A stretch of 63,212 nucleotides of DNA, filler included, from Asterionella formosa (Eukaryota): assembly GCA_002256025.1 (NCBI GenBank). It is 7 parts of 7 records of this genome, joined end to end, with 100 filler letters (N's around TTAATTAATTAA, not from the genome) between each part and the next. Parts side by side here need not be neighbours in the genome. Positions count along the whole stretch, not along the records: positions 1 to 27,166 come from NKIB01001582.1; 6 more parts are not named here. One strand, written 5' to 3'. Under the pieces are notes generated by a model. That model was not told the origin of the DNA, did no database searches, and saw only the letters and a list, made by a program, of their open reading frames with translations. The position numbers and the translations under genes are program-made. The first letter of the stretch is position 1. The number at the start of each line of letters is the position of its first letter. Shown in pieces: positions 9,875 through 22,029 of this stretch.

Positions 9875-12800
9875 ATGAAGAAACTACAAACGATTATATC
9901 AGATGTTGCTGATCGAGTTGAAACGGCGGTTCAGAGACATCTTCCCGAACTGCAGCAACACCTTCCGCAGCACCTCTTCGATTCTATCTTATATAGTGCT
10001 AATGATTCCGCAACGCTCCAGCGCCGCGTTCCACGTTCCCTCGATCTAACATACATGACGTCCCGAATAATTGTCATGTCCGCACCGGCAGAAGGCCTGC
10101 ATGCGTCAAGATCGGATAACGGGCGAGAGACTCTGACGAAACGGAGCGAAGTAGCACAAACTATTGGAGATCCTGATAGAAACACAGGCGTTCACCCTGA
10201 AACTGAGAAATCGATTTCGATAGATGCATTTGGTCCGATTGAAATGTCAAAAAACGCACATGAACAAAATTCACAGGAACACAACAGGCCGCAAGCGCCG
10301 ATATCGTCCAGCAAACTGCAGAATGAATCTAGCAAGACCTTTCAGTGCGTATATCCCCTGGAGCCTGCCGATTTGATGCCGGACCAATGCATGCCCCTTG
10401 TTGATTGTTTTTGTGAGACTGACGAAAATGACGAGCCTACTGCTATCGTCGCTCAGAAACTGCCTCAGCACGAAACACTTGAAGCATCGCTTGATGGAAC
10501 GCTGCCGCAGCACACAACACCGGATGGAGCAAAGAGTATTCAAAAGTCAACTATGCCTCAGGAAAAGGCGATGTATTCTACCCCTGGAAAGAAAGAAAAG
10601 TATCTAAACCAATCCATGAACAACATTGGTCCTTTACTAAAAGGCAACAATCCCTCGACGCTTTCGACATTCCTTCATCAGTATCACGCCAACCACTTTT
10701 TGGCAGTTAATTTAACGAATTCAACGGCTAATGACAGGACTCTCATATTGCTTCGCCGCCAGGTTGCAAATCTTCATTGGTCATCGCCTCACATAGAAAA
10801 GAGCGAAACTCCCACCCTTTCTCATGTTTTGGAGGTGGTCTATGTGATGTACGCCTATATCCATTTAAACCCGACGAAGAATACCGTCGTCGTGTACTGT
10901 CAAAATGGAAAGACAAGATCCGCCATTATTCTGGCTTGCTATCTCAAGTTCATTCGTTCTTTCCGAACCTCGCTGGAAGGCTTTGAGTACTTTCTTGGAA
11001 GACGCTGTGCATCAATTGCAAAGGCGGCAGTCTCGCAATTACCGCCTTCTTTGCATCAATTGTTTATTAATTTCGACGCTATGGTCGACCGCATGGACTA
11101 TGGTAATCGAAAACCGCTGTTGCTCCGTGCCATTGCCCTACAGGGTGTCCCTGTTGAAGATCAGCCTTGTTTAGATATTTTTTGCCAAAATGAGCTTGTA
11201 TATTCTAGTAATGTGGAGATGGACTCGTGTCACTGGGCCGATGAAGAAGGCATTTATCGAATTTCCAAAAAGATAGAAGGCGATTTCATGGTTATTGTCC
11301 GGTTTGGTGGAGAGTACTCCTCAGATTGCCACGATTTCAGTAAAGTCCTCTTTCGCTATTGTAACACTACAGGATTTTGCACAAGTGGGCCATTGGAATT
11401 GCCCAAATCAAAAGTGGATATGATGCGGCGTTATGCTGGTAGTTTCGACGAAGGGGATTTTATCCTCACGTTACTCCTGGAGTCCTATTGGGATGGCCAT
11501 GGAAATAATTCGGCAGAGTTTTCACAGGATTCTACTGTGTTGGTTGAGGTGATGGAAGGAAATGCGGCTGTTGAGAGAGGGTTGTTTATATTGACAGGAC
11601 GACATGCTGCAGCTGCAAATAAAGAGGACATTTCTCGTTTGCGATACACTCTTAGTGCCTTGTTGGACTGTCCAGATACTTTATGTCGCCTGGCACTGCA
11701 ACTAAGCGATCATGACTTGAAATTGGCCTCAAAGTTGTTGACACAAGGCAAATTGGGAGAATGGTGGATACATTCTGATGTTGATGAGGAGAAGGAAGAT
11801 ATGGATTGGCCTAACGAAGACGAAGTACCACGCCCAATCACTCCTGAATTAACATGCGATGATATTCTCAAGATTCTGGATAATGATGATATCGGCTTCA
11901 GTCAGTATTCTTCGTCTCCTCCTCGGAAAAGAATGCGTCCGGTTGAGGAGACACCTCTTGTGTATGAAACCATTCACTTTCCATATCAGGGGGACATTGA
12001 GAGCTTGTTGCCATTACGAATGGGTCACAAAAATGATTATGACAGAGATTCTTTGTTGATCAAACCTCGCCTTCCCTTTAAACGCCATTCTACAAGGATT
12101 ATGGAAGCGTCAAAGAAGGCTGATCAGGCTGATCATCAAGCATCAATGGAGCTTTTGTTGCAAATCAATCATACTGGTGTATTGTTAGAGGATTTACTTC
12201 AATTGCAGTTGAAGGCTCGAGCTATGAGTCTTCCGCCTATCGCTGTCTCTGAAAATGTCCTGGTAGCAGCCGTGGAAGAAGAGGTGGTCGATGATGTTAA
12301 AGATGTCGTGAGTGAGGTCGACAATGATGGTGATGAGGATGATGGTAAACTCGACGATGAGCAACATCCGAATTCTCAGTTCCTGGGAATGGTCGATTCT
12401 GAAGCAAAGGACACTTATGACCACAAAGAAGCAGAAATGGAAGAAGACAAAGGACTTGGAGAGAATCCACCACTCAACCAAGATCCATTGTACCAAAAAT
12501 ATTTTAAAATGGTTAGTATGGGGATGTCTGTTGAAGTGGCAAAGCATGCAATGCAACGCGATAGTCTCGACCCCTGCATTATGGACTTAGACCCTGCAAG
12601 AAGTCTCAAGGATCAACTCTCTCCTGTCGATCTTGAGGGATTGCCATTGGCAGACGATCCTGAATTTATGAAATACTTCAAGATGCTTAAGATGGGAATG
12701 CCAGTGGAAATGGCAAAGCATGCCATGAAGCGAGATGGTAAAGATGACAGTATTTTGGATCTTGACCCTAGCAAAAGCTTCAAGTCCCAAATCAAAGCCC

Positions 12801-15800
12801 ATGATGAGGGCGTGTTCCCTCAAATAGCCCTTGAAGATGATCCTGAATACGGAAAGTATTTCAAAATGCTTAAGATGGGACTACCTCATGATGCTGTGAA
12901 ACATTCCTTGCAGCGTGATGGAAAGGACCCTAATATTCTTGATATGGACCCTAAAAAATCGCTTGCGTCACAGACGACATCAGATGATGGACCACTTCTA
13001 AGGGATGATCCAGAGTATGAGAAGTATTTCAAAATGATAAAGATGGGGCTACCATTGGGCGCAGTCAAAAATGGTTTAGTACGAGATGGGAAGGATCCAG
13101 AAATTATGGATCTTGACCCTAACAAGAGCCTTAAATCACAGCTTGGTGGTAAGAAAGAAGACGATGGACCTCCGCTCAAGGAGGATGAAGTGTACTCTAA
13201 GTACTTTAAGATGCTAAAGATGGGCCTTCCGATCGGAGCAGTTAAAAATGCAATAACTCGTGATGGCAAGGATCCTTCTGTTATTGATCTTGACCCTGAA
13301 AAATCACTCAAAAGTCAACAGGGTGATGGTGACAGGGATGAACCGCCAATGGAAGACACTGGAACGCCGTTGCGAGATGATCCGGAATTCTCCAAATATT
13401 TTAAGATGATGAAAATGGGACTACCGCCCGGTGCTGTCAAGAATGCCATTTCTCGTGATGGTAAGGATCCTTCGATTCTCGACCTTGACCCGGAAAAGTC
13501 ACTTGACTTCCAGCTAGCTCAGAAAAAATGCGGGCGAGGCGCGGTTGGCACTAGTACCGTACGATTAGGAGTGAAAAAGAAAAAGAAGAAGGTCAGGCGA
13601 AAGAAGATTTATTGGACTCCGATCGATGCCAGTAAGTTGCACGACGAGTCGCTTTGGTCGCTTGTGAAAGGTTCTGTCACAATGGAGAGTCTCAAATTTG
13701 ATGTGACAGAGTTTGAGTATCTTTTCACTGAATCGGCCAATCCTGCTGATAACAAGAAGCAGGTTACGAATGGGGGAGGCGACGGAAAGGCTAAGCAGAA
13801 GAAGAGTACCCAAGTAATTGATGGAAAGCGGGGGATGAATGGAGGCATTATCCTTGCACGATTGAAGATCAAATATGAGAAAATTGCTGAGATGGTCGAC
13901 ACCATGACCGCTGGTGATTTTGATTCCACTCAGCTTAAAGCCCTCAAAGAGTTTTTGCCAACTGATGAGGATCGGACAAACTTAATGGCTTATCTCAAGC
14001 AAGGCGAAGCGTCCGAAAAAGCGATGGCGCAAGCTATGGCTGATCTGAGCGAATGCGAAAAATATATGGTGGCAATGATGAAGGTTGACAACCCTGTTTC
14101 GAAATTTGATGCTATGGTTTTTAAATTCAATTTCAAGGGTCGCATGGAGGAACTTGAGCAGGGAATCGTCACCGTCAAGAAGGCTTGTGACGAAGTCAGA
14201 TCATCTGAAAGGTTGAGGAAATTAATGGCCATGATTTTGACTCTGGTTAATCACATCAACACTGGTGGTGATGGCAACCTTGCAGCTGGTTTTAGTTTGG
14301 ACGCACTATTGAAACTGAATGAAGCAAAGGCATTTGACAAGAAAACCAGTGTCCTTGAATACCTTGTCAAGCTCGTACGAGAAAACGACATGTCACTACT
14401 GGATTTCAAACTTGATATTGAGACAGTTCCTATGGCTCAGAATATTGTTTTGGATGGGTTACTTTCCGATGTTAAGGTGCTAAGGGATGAACTTCAACTG
14501 GTCCACGAAACAGTAAAGACTGAAGTAAACCGTTTAGACGAGGAAGGAAAGTTAGTTGAAATCACGCTAGCCGACTTTGGAGAGGAACGGACGATGAATC
14601 GTGAAATCGACGGAACTCCCCATTTCGACAATGTGGACCAAAAAAGTGGCCGAACTCCTATGGAACGCTTTACACTCGCTGCACAAAGCGATGTTGATAA
14701 ATCCCTTGCTGAATTGGACGAACTAAAGGAGAACTATTCCAATGTATTGAAATACTTTGGTGAGGACGATAAAATGGCCAGTAATGACTTCTTTGGCACC
14801 CTTCAGAAATTTGTTCTTGAATTCAAAGTCGCTGCAGAAAAGGTGGATGCGGTTGAACGCCAACGAGTAAGTAGATATGATCAAATGCATTTTAAACTTT
14901 TTCTCGCTATCATTTTATCCCTCTCCGCCTGTTCTTACTTATTTCATTTTTTTTAAGTTAAAGGAGAAGTTGCAGAAAGCGGCGAAGAAATTAGGTGCAG
15001 TCACCAGGCTTGGCGCGATCGCCAAAACGTTGACTCCTGAAAAGAGTACCATCGATATCGAGATTTCAACCAAGGGTGGTGTCGCCGCTCTTGCCGCTAC
15101 TCAAGCAGAATCAGAGTTGAAATCAATGGAGGATGAAGATATGGGAATTCCTCTCAAAAATGATCCAAGGTTCGGAAAGTACTTCAAAATGCTTAAGATG
15201 GGACTCTCACTCGACGCAGTCAAGCATACTTTGAGAAGGGATGGTAACGAACCCTCTGTTTTGGATCTTGATCCAGAAAAGTCCCTGGAATTCCAGAAGC
15301 CATCAAAGATTACATCTGGCGAAGGAGATTCGATGTTTGGAAGCATAGGCAACATGGCAGCTAGGGAAAGGCATGCTATCGTCGATGCAAATGTGATTGG
15401 TAATGGATTGGCGATTCCGTCGAATGCTGCCATGTCGAACCAAGAAAGGTGTCTCGACGGCAGAGATGAAAGCTGGGCTGGGGAATTGAACCGAACAGGT
15501 GAAGAAAAGGACACTGTGTCACCTCCTGTTGGGGGAATAGCAGCTCTTGCAGCCGCGGCAGCTCGAAAGAAGGCAAGATATGCCATCGTTCTCGATGAGG
15601 TCCATGAGGAAGGCGCAAATACAACGGCTGTCGTCGAGACCGACGTGATGGCTGATGATGCTGTTTCTAACGGAAACGAGGTTGCAGGTGCCGAGCAAGG
15701 AACTCAATTTGTTAAGAATGATTTAGTCCGCAAAAATGCTGGAGGCGTTGCTGCTATGGCTGCTCTTGCTGCTGTAAAGCTAAAGAATGGCTACAGAGAA

Positions 15801-17024
15801 ATTTCAGGAAAAGCCATAGCTGCTGTTGGTGATTCTGCTAATTTGCATACCCTCGCAGAGATAGCCATTGGCCACCAATCGTCAAAGTCGACTGCTGAGA
15901 TTCTTCCCTTGTCCATGGGAGAAATAGCCGCTATGGCAGCGGCTGCTGTGAAGCACAACAGGGAAGAAAACCCAAACGAAACAAGTACAAGAACAGACAC
16001 CTCGATTTTCCCTACTTCTTTGTTCTCTTCAGCAACGTGTAGCCAGGACGAGAGATCGCGTATAGACCCATTGGAAGAGTCAATGTTTGAAAATCCGTTT
16101 GAAGGTAGAGGGATAGCAGCAGCGGCAGCAGCCGAACGCAACAGTGCATCGGAAGAGCCAACGGTGAAAAATCCTTTTGCAGGTGGAGGGATAGCGGCAG
16201 CAGCCGCAGCCGCAAAACGCAACAGTGCATCGGAACAGCAAATGGCGAACAATCCTTTTGCAGGTGGAGGGATAGCAGCAGCGGCAGCAGCCGCAGCCGC
16301 CAAACGCAACAGTGCATCGGAACGGCCAACGGTCAACAATCCTTTTGCAGGTGGAGGGATAGCAGCAGCGGCAGCAGCCGCAGCCGCCAAACGCAACAGT
16401 GCATCGGAAGAGCCAATGGTGAAAAATCCTTTTGAAGATGGAGGGATAGCAGCGGCAGCAGCTACTGCAGCAGCCAAACGCATCAGTGCATCAGAACAGC
16501 TAATAGTGAATAAACCCTCTTCAGGTGGAGAAATAGCATCGGCAGCAGAAGCAGCTAAGCGCAAAGGTGCATCAGATGAGACACAACGAGAAGATCCTTT
16601 TGCGGGTGCAGGGATGGTAACCGCAGCTGTGGCAGCTAAATGCAACAGTGAATCAGGCGAGCCAATAGTCCAAAATTCTTTTGCAGATGGCGGGGTCGCA
16701 GGTGCAGCAGCGAAATGCAACAGTGAATTAGGCGAGCTAATAGTCAAAAATCCTTTTGCAGATGGCGGGATCGCAGGTGCAGCAGCTGCGGCAGCTGCAA
16801 CAGTTGCAGCCAAACGCAAAAGTGCATCCGATGAGTCAATGGTGAAAAATCCGTTTGCAGGTAGCGGGATTGCAGTGGCAGCTGCTGCCGCAGCAGCCAA
16901 ACGCAATAGTGCATCCGATGAGGCAATGATGAAAAATCATTTTGCAGGTGGTGGAATTGCAGCGGCAGCCGCCGCAGCAGCAGCAAAACGCAACAGTGCA
17001 ACGGGACAGAATAGGCACCATTGA
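9875..17024 (+). CDS. Formin, ~2,352 aa: PTEN-like phosphatase + C2, UBA-like segment, CCDC53-like repeats, FH2, NPF/Ala-rich repeat tail; exons 9875..14866 and 14958..17024
   Basis: SLDLTYMTSRIIVM and YCQNGKTRS (PTEN-like). RKKIYWTPI, IDGKRGMNGGIIL and GNLAAGFSLDALLKL (FH2). A phase-0 intron 14867..14957 (GTAAGT...TTTAAG) joins the two ORFs in frame. Confidence 0.9.
12467..13516 (+). repeat. Six tandem ~55-65-aa coding repeats (CCDC53/WASHC3 C-terminal-like); a seventh at ~15147..15300
   Basis: Consensus PLxDDPEYxKYFKMLKMGLPxGAVKxAxxRDGKDPSILDLDPxKSLxxQ. Confidence 0.85.
16080..17000 (+). repeat. About 11 coding tandem repeats, consensus (K/N)NPFAGGGIAAAAAAAAAKRNSASE
   Basis: Visible in the DNA as repeated aatccttttgcaggtggagggatagcagc and in the protein translation. 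Confidence 0.9.
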
Positions 17025-17724
17025 AGGATTCATGTTGTTGTGCCGGTGCTGGGATTGCAGCTGTAACCGCAGCCGCCATGAAGGCAAAAAGTAATCCGAG
17101 TATTGTTTCTTCCGGTAGCTAGGTGTCATCGACTACGAATTGATGTTGTGGCAACATAAATCAGAACGAGAAACGAAAGGCAGTGAGAACATTCCAACGA
17201 GATCGAACTCTCGAAAATACACCAGCCGTCGCATGCTTGTTGCAACTGAGGACGACAACTTTGGGTTAAAGGATTGTTCAATAGATACCAGCGAACTCTC
17301 ATCACAATACTAAGATAGGTATAGCAGGGTACCTGTATCTAGACCACTACCGGTTGATTATGTACCTATTTCGCCGGAATTAAAAATATGGAACTACGAC
17401 CAGTAGCTGGGTCTGGTCCTGTATTTATAGTTTTAGCACTAATATACGATAGTAGACTAGGGCATATATTTATCTACCGGTATTGTACCGGTACTAGCAT
17501 TAGTTAAATTGAAGAAGGAAGCAAATTTGATTTTTCATGTTTCGAGGTTTAACCAGTAAATAACGGCAGCGCGCCAAAAAAGCTATGCGATTGTAAGAGC
17601 ATGGCCTCACTGCTTTCTCCTTGGCTGATGTTGTATCGTTGTTATTTTAGGGTCACAAAAATCCCAATTCTATCCTGATAAAGCCAGCTTATTGCTATTG
17701 AAGCAACAGATCATCCACGTCAAC

Positions 17725-18184
17725 ATGGCAGAGCAAGAGCAAGGATGTTACCCTAGACTCAATGGAGCCATGCTCCAAAGTGGAGCGTTCGCCAATCAAA
17801 TCGTTAGCGTTGTTGGGGTCGTTGCAAGCTTCGACGGCTTCAATTTGCAGGTCAAGGCGGCCGACGGCATCACCGTGTCCTGCTTAGCAGACGAAGTGAC
17901 CGCAACGCCAGGCACTATAGTAGAAGCCATTGGGGCGAATGGGGATGATGGGACCTTACAAGTGAGTTAAACAACTTTACTGTTGGCCGTGAATCATGCT
18001 TGATCACTTGTACGCCGACTTTTTAACACATTTTTACAAACAGCTCTTTGTGATTCGCGAATTCCAAGGAGGTGCGGATATGGAGGTTTACAATCGCATG
18101 ATAAAAGAAGTTCTTCTCAATCCCAAATTTGCAGAATACTTTGGCCCGTCATCAGGTGTCATTCCCATGCAGATTGGGCAATAA
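17725..18184 (+). CDS. RPA3: Replication protein A 14-kDa subunit; exons 17725..17961 and 18044..18184
   Basis: PRLNGAML...VSVVG...EAIG and DMEVYNRMI motifs. Phase-0 intron 17962..18043 (GTGAGT...ACAG) gives 125 aa. Confidence 0.85.
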
Positions 18185-18465
18185 ACGTAAGGCCATTCTC
18201 AAGCTGCAAGCAATGTCAGATAAAACAGTCATTTCCAAAATGAGTTGAGTTGGGGGCTAGATTTGCTGGTTTTCTGTTATTTTCGCCCGAGAGTAACAAG
18301 GGTGTGGAAACTTGAAGGGAAGAACTGATTAGTTGATAATCTATCACATGTGAACGCTTTATTGTCGTTTCCTTGTTACATAGCATAATATTCAACAATA
18401 TCCACTGCTTGCATAATAATTGGCCATTGCACATAAAAATTACCAAAGCATAAATTTAATCTTTC

Positions 18466-20067
18466 CTAGATTTCAAGGGCATCATTTGAGAGCAGACTCC
18501 ATTCCAGAAACTCTTTGTATTCTTCAAAGTCCACTGACGGCTGTGATAAATAGTCAATGCATACAGACGCTACATTGTAAAAGTGATGCAATACTTGCTT
18601 TTCGCCTCGTCGCACAATCAATGCATTTCGATGATTATTCCGATCGGAGGGACTCCACCATAAACGCGGTTGGTTGACATGTTGCAGCAAATGATTGTCT
18701 TGGGACAGGGTTGTCTTGTAGCATGCCAGTTGAGTGGACGCGGCTTGTTGCAACAGGACCAAGGCTCGCTTTTCATTCAACACAGAAAAGGGGATTCGAC
18801 TTAGTGTGGCCGCCATTTGAGGGACCAACCCATCGTCGGTCTGGCTAGTCTGTTCACCCCGCTGCACAAATTGAGTTGTCATGTCCTGGAGTTCCTGTGG
18901 TAGTTGACAACATGCTACTCGACAGAGCGACAATAATGTCTCCATTGAACCTGGATTTCCAATGGACACAGTAACGTTCCGAGTAACTGTCCACTCTACA
19001 CCATCCTTTTCCCACAAACGCTGAGTGTCTGAAGAAGCACTGGGATCCAACATTAGAGAAATCATGGCAGTTTCATGCTGAGTTTGATGCGCATCGTCAT
19101 AGACAGCAAACCCGTAGTTTACGAGGCATTGCGAGTTGCTTAAAGTCCCGTAGGCAATTTCCACAGTGGCACTTTGGTGAGCTGTCATGCTTCCTTCATC
19201 GTTGGCGTGCACAGTCAAACGAAATCCACCTTCTTCAACTTGCCAATCGCCCTTCTTAACACCAGTATCCATCAAGTGAGGTACTTCGGCACTTCCGCAG
19301 TGATTCAACATGTCCACGTATGGCACTAAGCACATTGTCTGCGAGGAGGCTTCATCTGTGAAAGCGCGAGATGTAATGATACTGCGAGCCCAAGACCATG
19401 TGCCAAAGTTACAGTCGAACGGGATGGAATGCGCTTCCAGTGCGGCATTAACAATGTCAAATTCTTCTTCCCATACTCTTCTGCGGTCCAAAACCGCATC
19501 TCGCACTTTCGACCCTTGTAGCTCTCGGAGTGCTGCCTGCGACCAGAAGATGGGAAAGTGCTGCATGGCAGAAATTGAAGGCAAGGTCAGTAGATATTCG
19601 TCAAAGGCACCTCCTTGTTGGTCCTTGTTGAGGCAAAGGAAAATGGCGAGATATATAGAAGGCAGGACCTTATGATGCACCGCCCGGAGCACCGGGTGAT
19701 TCTCTAGGTAGGTCGTCAAGGCTTGACCGACTAAAGTAGCTTCACCGAGAGCAGGTGTAACAAACTCTTCCCGGTCGATCCATGCCAGTTCTACTTCTTC
19801 GTCTCGTCGAGACGAGGAACTTGGGTGATACTGTACTCCGCATTCGTGTGGACTCAGCATAATGATTTCCATGCCCTTGCTCAGGCGCGACGCCGATCCA
19901 TCCTTTGTCAAATGGTTGACAAGCGAGGTAATGGGATGACGAGGGAGTAGAGGAGGTGTGCGTCGGCTTCCAAACAAGGTCCAACATGATACTAGAGGAA
20001 TCCAAAAAGTTATAAATAGGCACAAGGTGCGAATGGATTGCCGGGCAATTCGTGCACTCCTCCGCAT
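18466..20067 (-). CDS. SET-domain lysine methyltransferase, Rubisco LSMT/SETD3-like, with a signal peptide
   Basis: WARSIITSRAF, LVPYVDMLNH and IAYGTLSNSQCLVNYGF motifs plus an LSMT substrate-binding-like C-terminus. Likely ATG at 20067 (MRRSAR), followed by a hydrophobic segment. Confidence 0.85.
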   Translation of the reverse strand: MRRSARIARQSIRTLCLFITFWIPLVSCWTLFGSRRTPPLLPRHPITSLVNHLTKDGSASRLSKGMEIIMLSPHECGVQYHPSSSSRRDEEVELAWIDREEFVTPALGEATLVGQALTTYLENHPVLRAVHHKVLPSIYLAIFLCLNKDQQGGAFDEYLLTLPSISAMQHFPIFWSQAALRELQGSKVRDAVLDRRRVWEEEFDIVNAALEAHSIPFDCNFGTWSWARSIITSRAFTDEASSQTMCLVPYVDMLNHCGSAEVPHLMDTGVKKGDWQVEEGGFRLTVHANDEGSMTAHQSATVEIAYGTLSNSQCLVNYGFAVYDDAHQTQHETAMISLMLDPSASSDTQRLWEKDGVEWTVTRNVTVSIGNPGSMETLLSLCRVACCQLPQELQDMTTQFVQRGEQTSQTDDGLVPQMAATLSRIPFSVLNEKRALVLLQQAASTQLACYKTTLSQDNHLLQHVNQPRLWWSPSDRNNHRNALIVRRGEKQVLHHFYNVASVCIDYLSQPSVDFEEYKEFLEWSLLSNDALEI

Positions 20068-20579
20068 CTTCCGTAGACAACTGTTCGAGGGAGAATAATG
20101 TATTCGGATAAGGGCAGGGCTCAAGATCTTGCAAAAAGGATGGATTCGTTGTGCCAGTCTCCAAATCGCCCAGTTGCTTCTGATTCTGGCTCTGTTTTCA
20201 TTTCTTCCTTGCCTTTTAAAGTGTAGTGCAATTTGTGGGAATTGCAATGCAATGGCAAAGCTGATGTAGGCGATGCAGCAATTATTGAAAATAATTATTG
20301 TGAAGCAGTTGAAGTACGGTGTGCATATCAATTTGAACCCAAGGGCCAATCTTAACAGAGAAACCAAAATCAAAAAAATGTTGCTCGGCCAAATTTTTTG
20401 TATCTCACATATCCGGGTGATATGTTGCTTCCAGCAACACATTTCTTGTTGCTCCGAAATGTGTATCTGTGTGTATCGCTGCAGATAAAGCGTTACATAA
20501 GCAACACTAATTTTATAAATGTCAAAGTAATTTAATTACTCAACAAAGACACCATTTTTATCTCTAACAGCAACAACAG

Positions 20580-21962
20580 AAATGAATTTTGGGAAGAGGG
20601 ATTCTCAGCAGCAATTATTATTATCACTAGCTACTCATGCATGGAATAATGCTTTTCATCACTTGTAAACTTGCGCAATGGCATCTTTGGACAATGAAAC
20701 TTACTCTGCAGCAAGGAAACAGGATGACCAGTGGGTTGCAAGTAGCACTCCTGCTGATTTTTTCATTGACAACGAAGGGTCTTTGACAACGATAAAAGAC
20801 ATGCTCATTCAACAGATATTGCTGCTACAACTTCGTCGTATTTGCGTTCACTTCAAAATTGCCGGATACAGAAACAAAACAAAGATGATAACGATTACAC
20901 TCCTCGTTAAGAATTGGTTAAATACTCTTGATCTTCAAGACATGATGGGGCACACAAAAAGTCATCAAAAGAACCAAAGAAGTATCTGAAAAGAAACGGC
21001 ACTCCCTTTACTCCTGAATCATCAACAAGGTTGTCTCCTTGCCTAAAGAAGTAGTATCTGAAATGAAAAGGCTTTCCCTTTACTCCTGAATCAACAACAA
21101 GGAAGTTTCCTCGCCTACTACTATCAAAGCAACTTTCTACAACCAGAGAAGATATTGCCAATGATTCAAGTACAGATTCTGAATTATCTCCTTCCCAATT
21201 GTCTGCATTTCCATGGACATAGTAGACGATGACACAGTTAAATCCATGGCATTCAAACACACCCACTTTGAATACCACGGAATTGATGATAACTATCCCC
21301 TCACTTTTGATATTTTGGATAGCAAACAATTTTCAGAGGTTATGGAATTTCTAAATGCGCATTACAAGATCTTTGTCAATAATTTAAAAAATTATGGTCA
21401 ACACGATAACTTTGACAATTTCACTCAAAACCGGCCTTATTGTTTGTACTATCATTTATGGCTTCAACAGGTGCCACAATTTCTATGTAGTACAGTACCA
21501 AGTTTAAGTGATGGTGTTGCTATGGACAGTCTAGTTCACATTCCTGCAGAGGATGATGTTTCCAAGCTACCTGTTCAACGAAGAAAAGGTAGAAAATATG
21601 GCAGCAATGAGTTTGAAAACACATCCAAACAAGTGGTCGACGCGCTTATAGAACTTTCAAAAGCAAATGAGCGCCATACACATATGACACTTGCCTCTCA
21701 AAGTTCCAATGCAGAATTTTCTCGAGCAACTTTTCTTGTAAAACGAGAGAAGGAACTAATGGATGTTGTAAGCATGTACTGAGAAATTTTAAAGGAAGCT
21801 CAAACTGAAGTAGCAAGCAATGAAGTGTCACAAAAATGTGATGGTAAAGAGTATCAAGAGAATGTCAGTTATGTTGAATTTTTTGAAGCTATGGATGCAC
21901 TGACCAAGAATTCTGTAGCTCTCATAAGAACAGCTGAAGAAGATGCATCTAATCACAATTAG
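20580..21962 (+). pseudogene. Degraded accessory gene of a Harbinger element
   Basis: Broken ORFs (20678..20989, 21213..21782) convergent with the transposase. Contains a two-copy ~70-bp tandem duplication at ~20977..21119. Confidence 0.45.
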
Positions 21963-22029
21963 GTTAAAAATTATATTTCTATTTAGTTCTTGTTATTACC
22001 TAATTCCTTCCAGTTATAGTTTGTATGCT

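Noticed and set aside
15791..16906. 371-aa antisense ORF
   Set aside because: It is the shadow of GCN-rich Ala repeats on the opposite strand of the formin exon.
16080..17000. CRISPR-like periodic repeats
   Set aside because: They are in-frame coding repeats within a eukaryotic formin, with no unique spacers and no cas genes.
20068..20442. 125-aa N-terminal extension of the SET-domain ORF
   Set aside because: It does not look protein-like, and the ATG at 20067 is followed by a plausible signal peptide.
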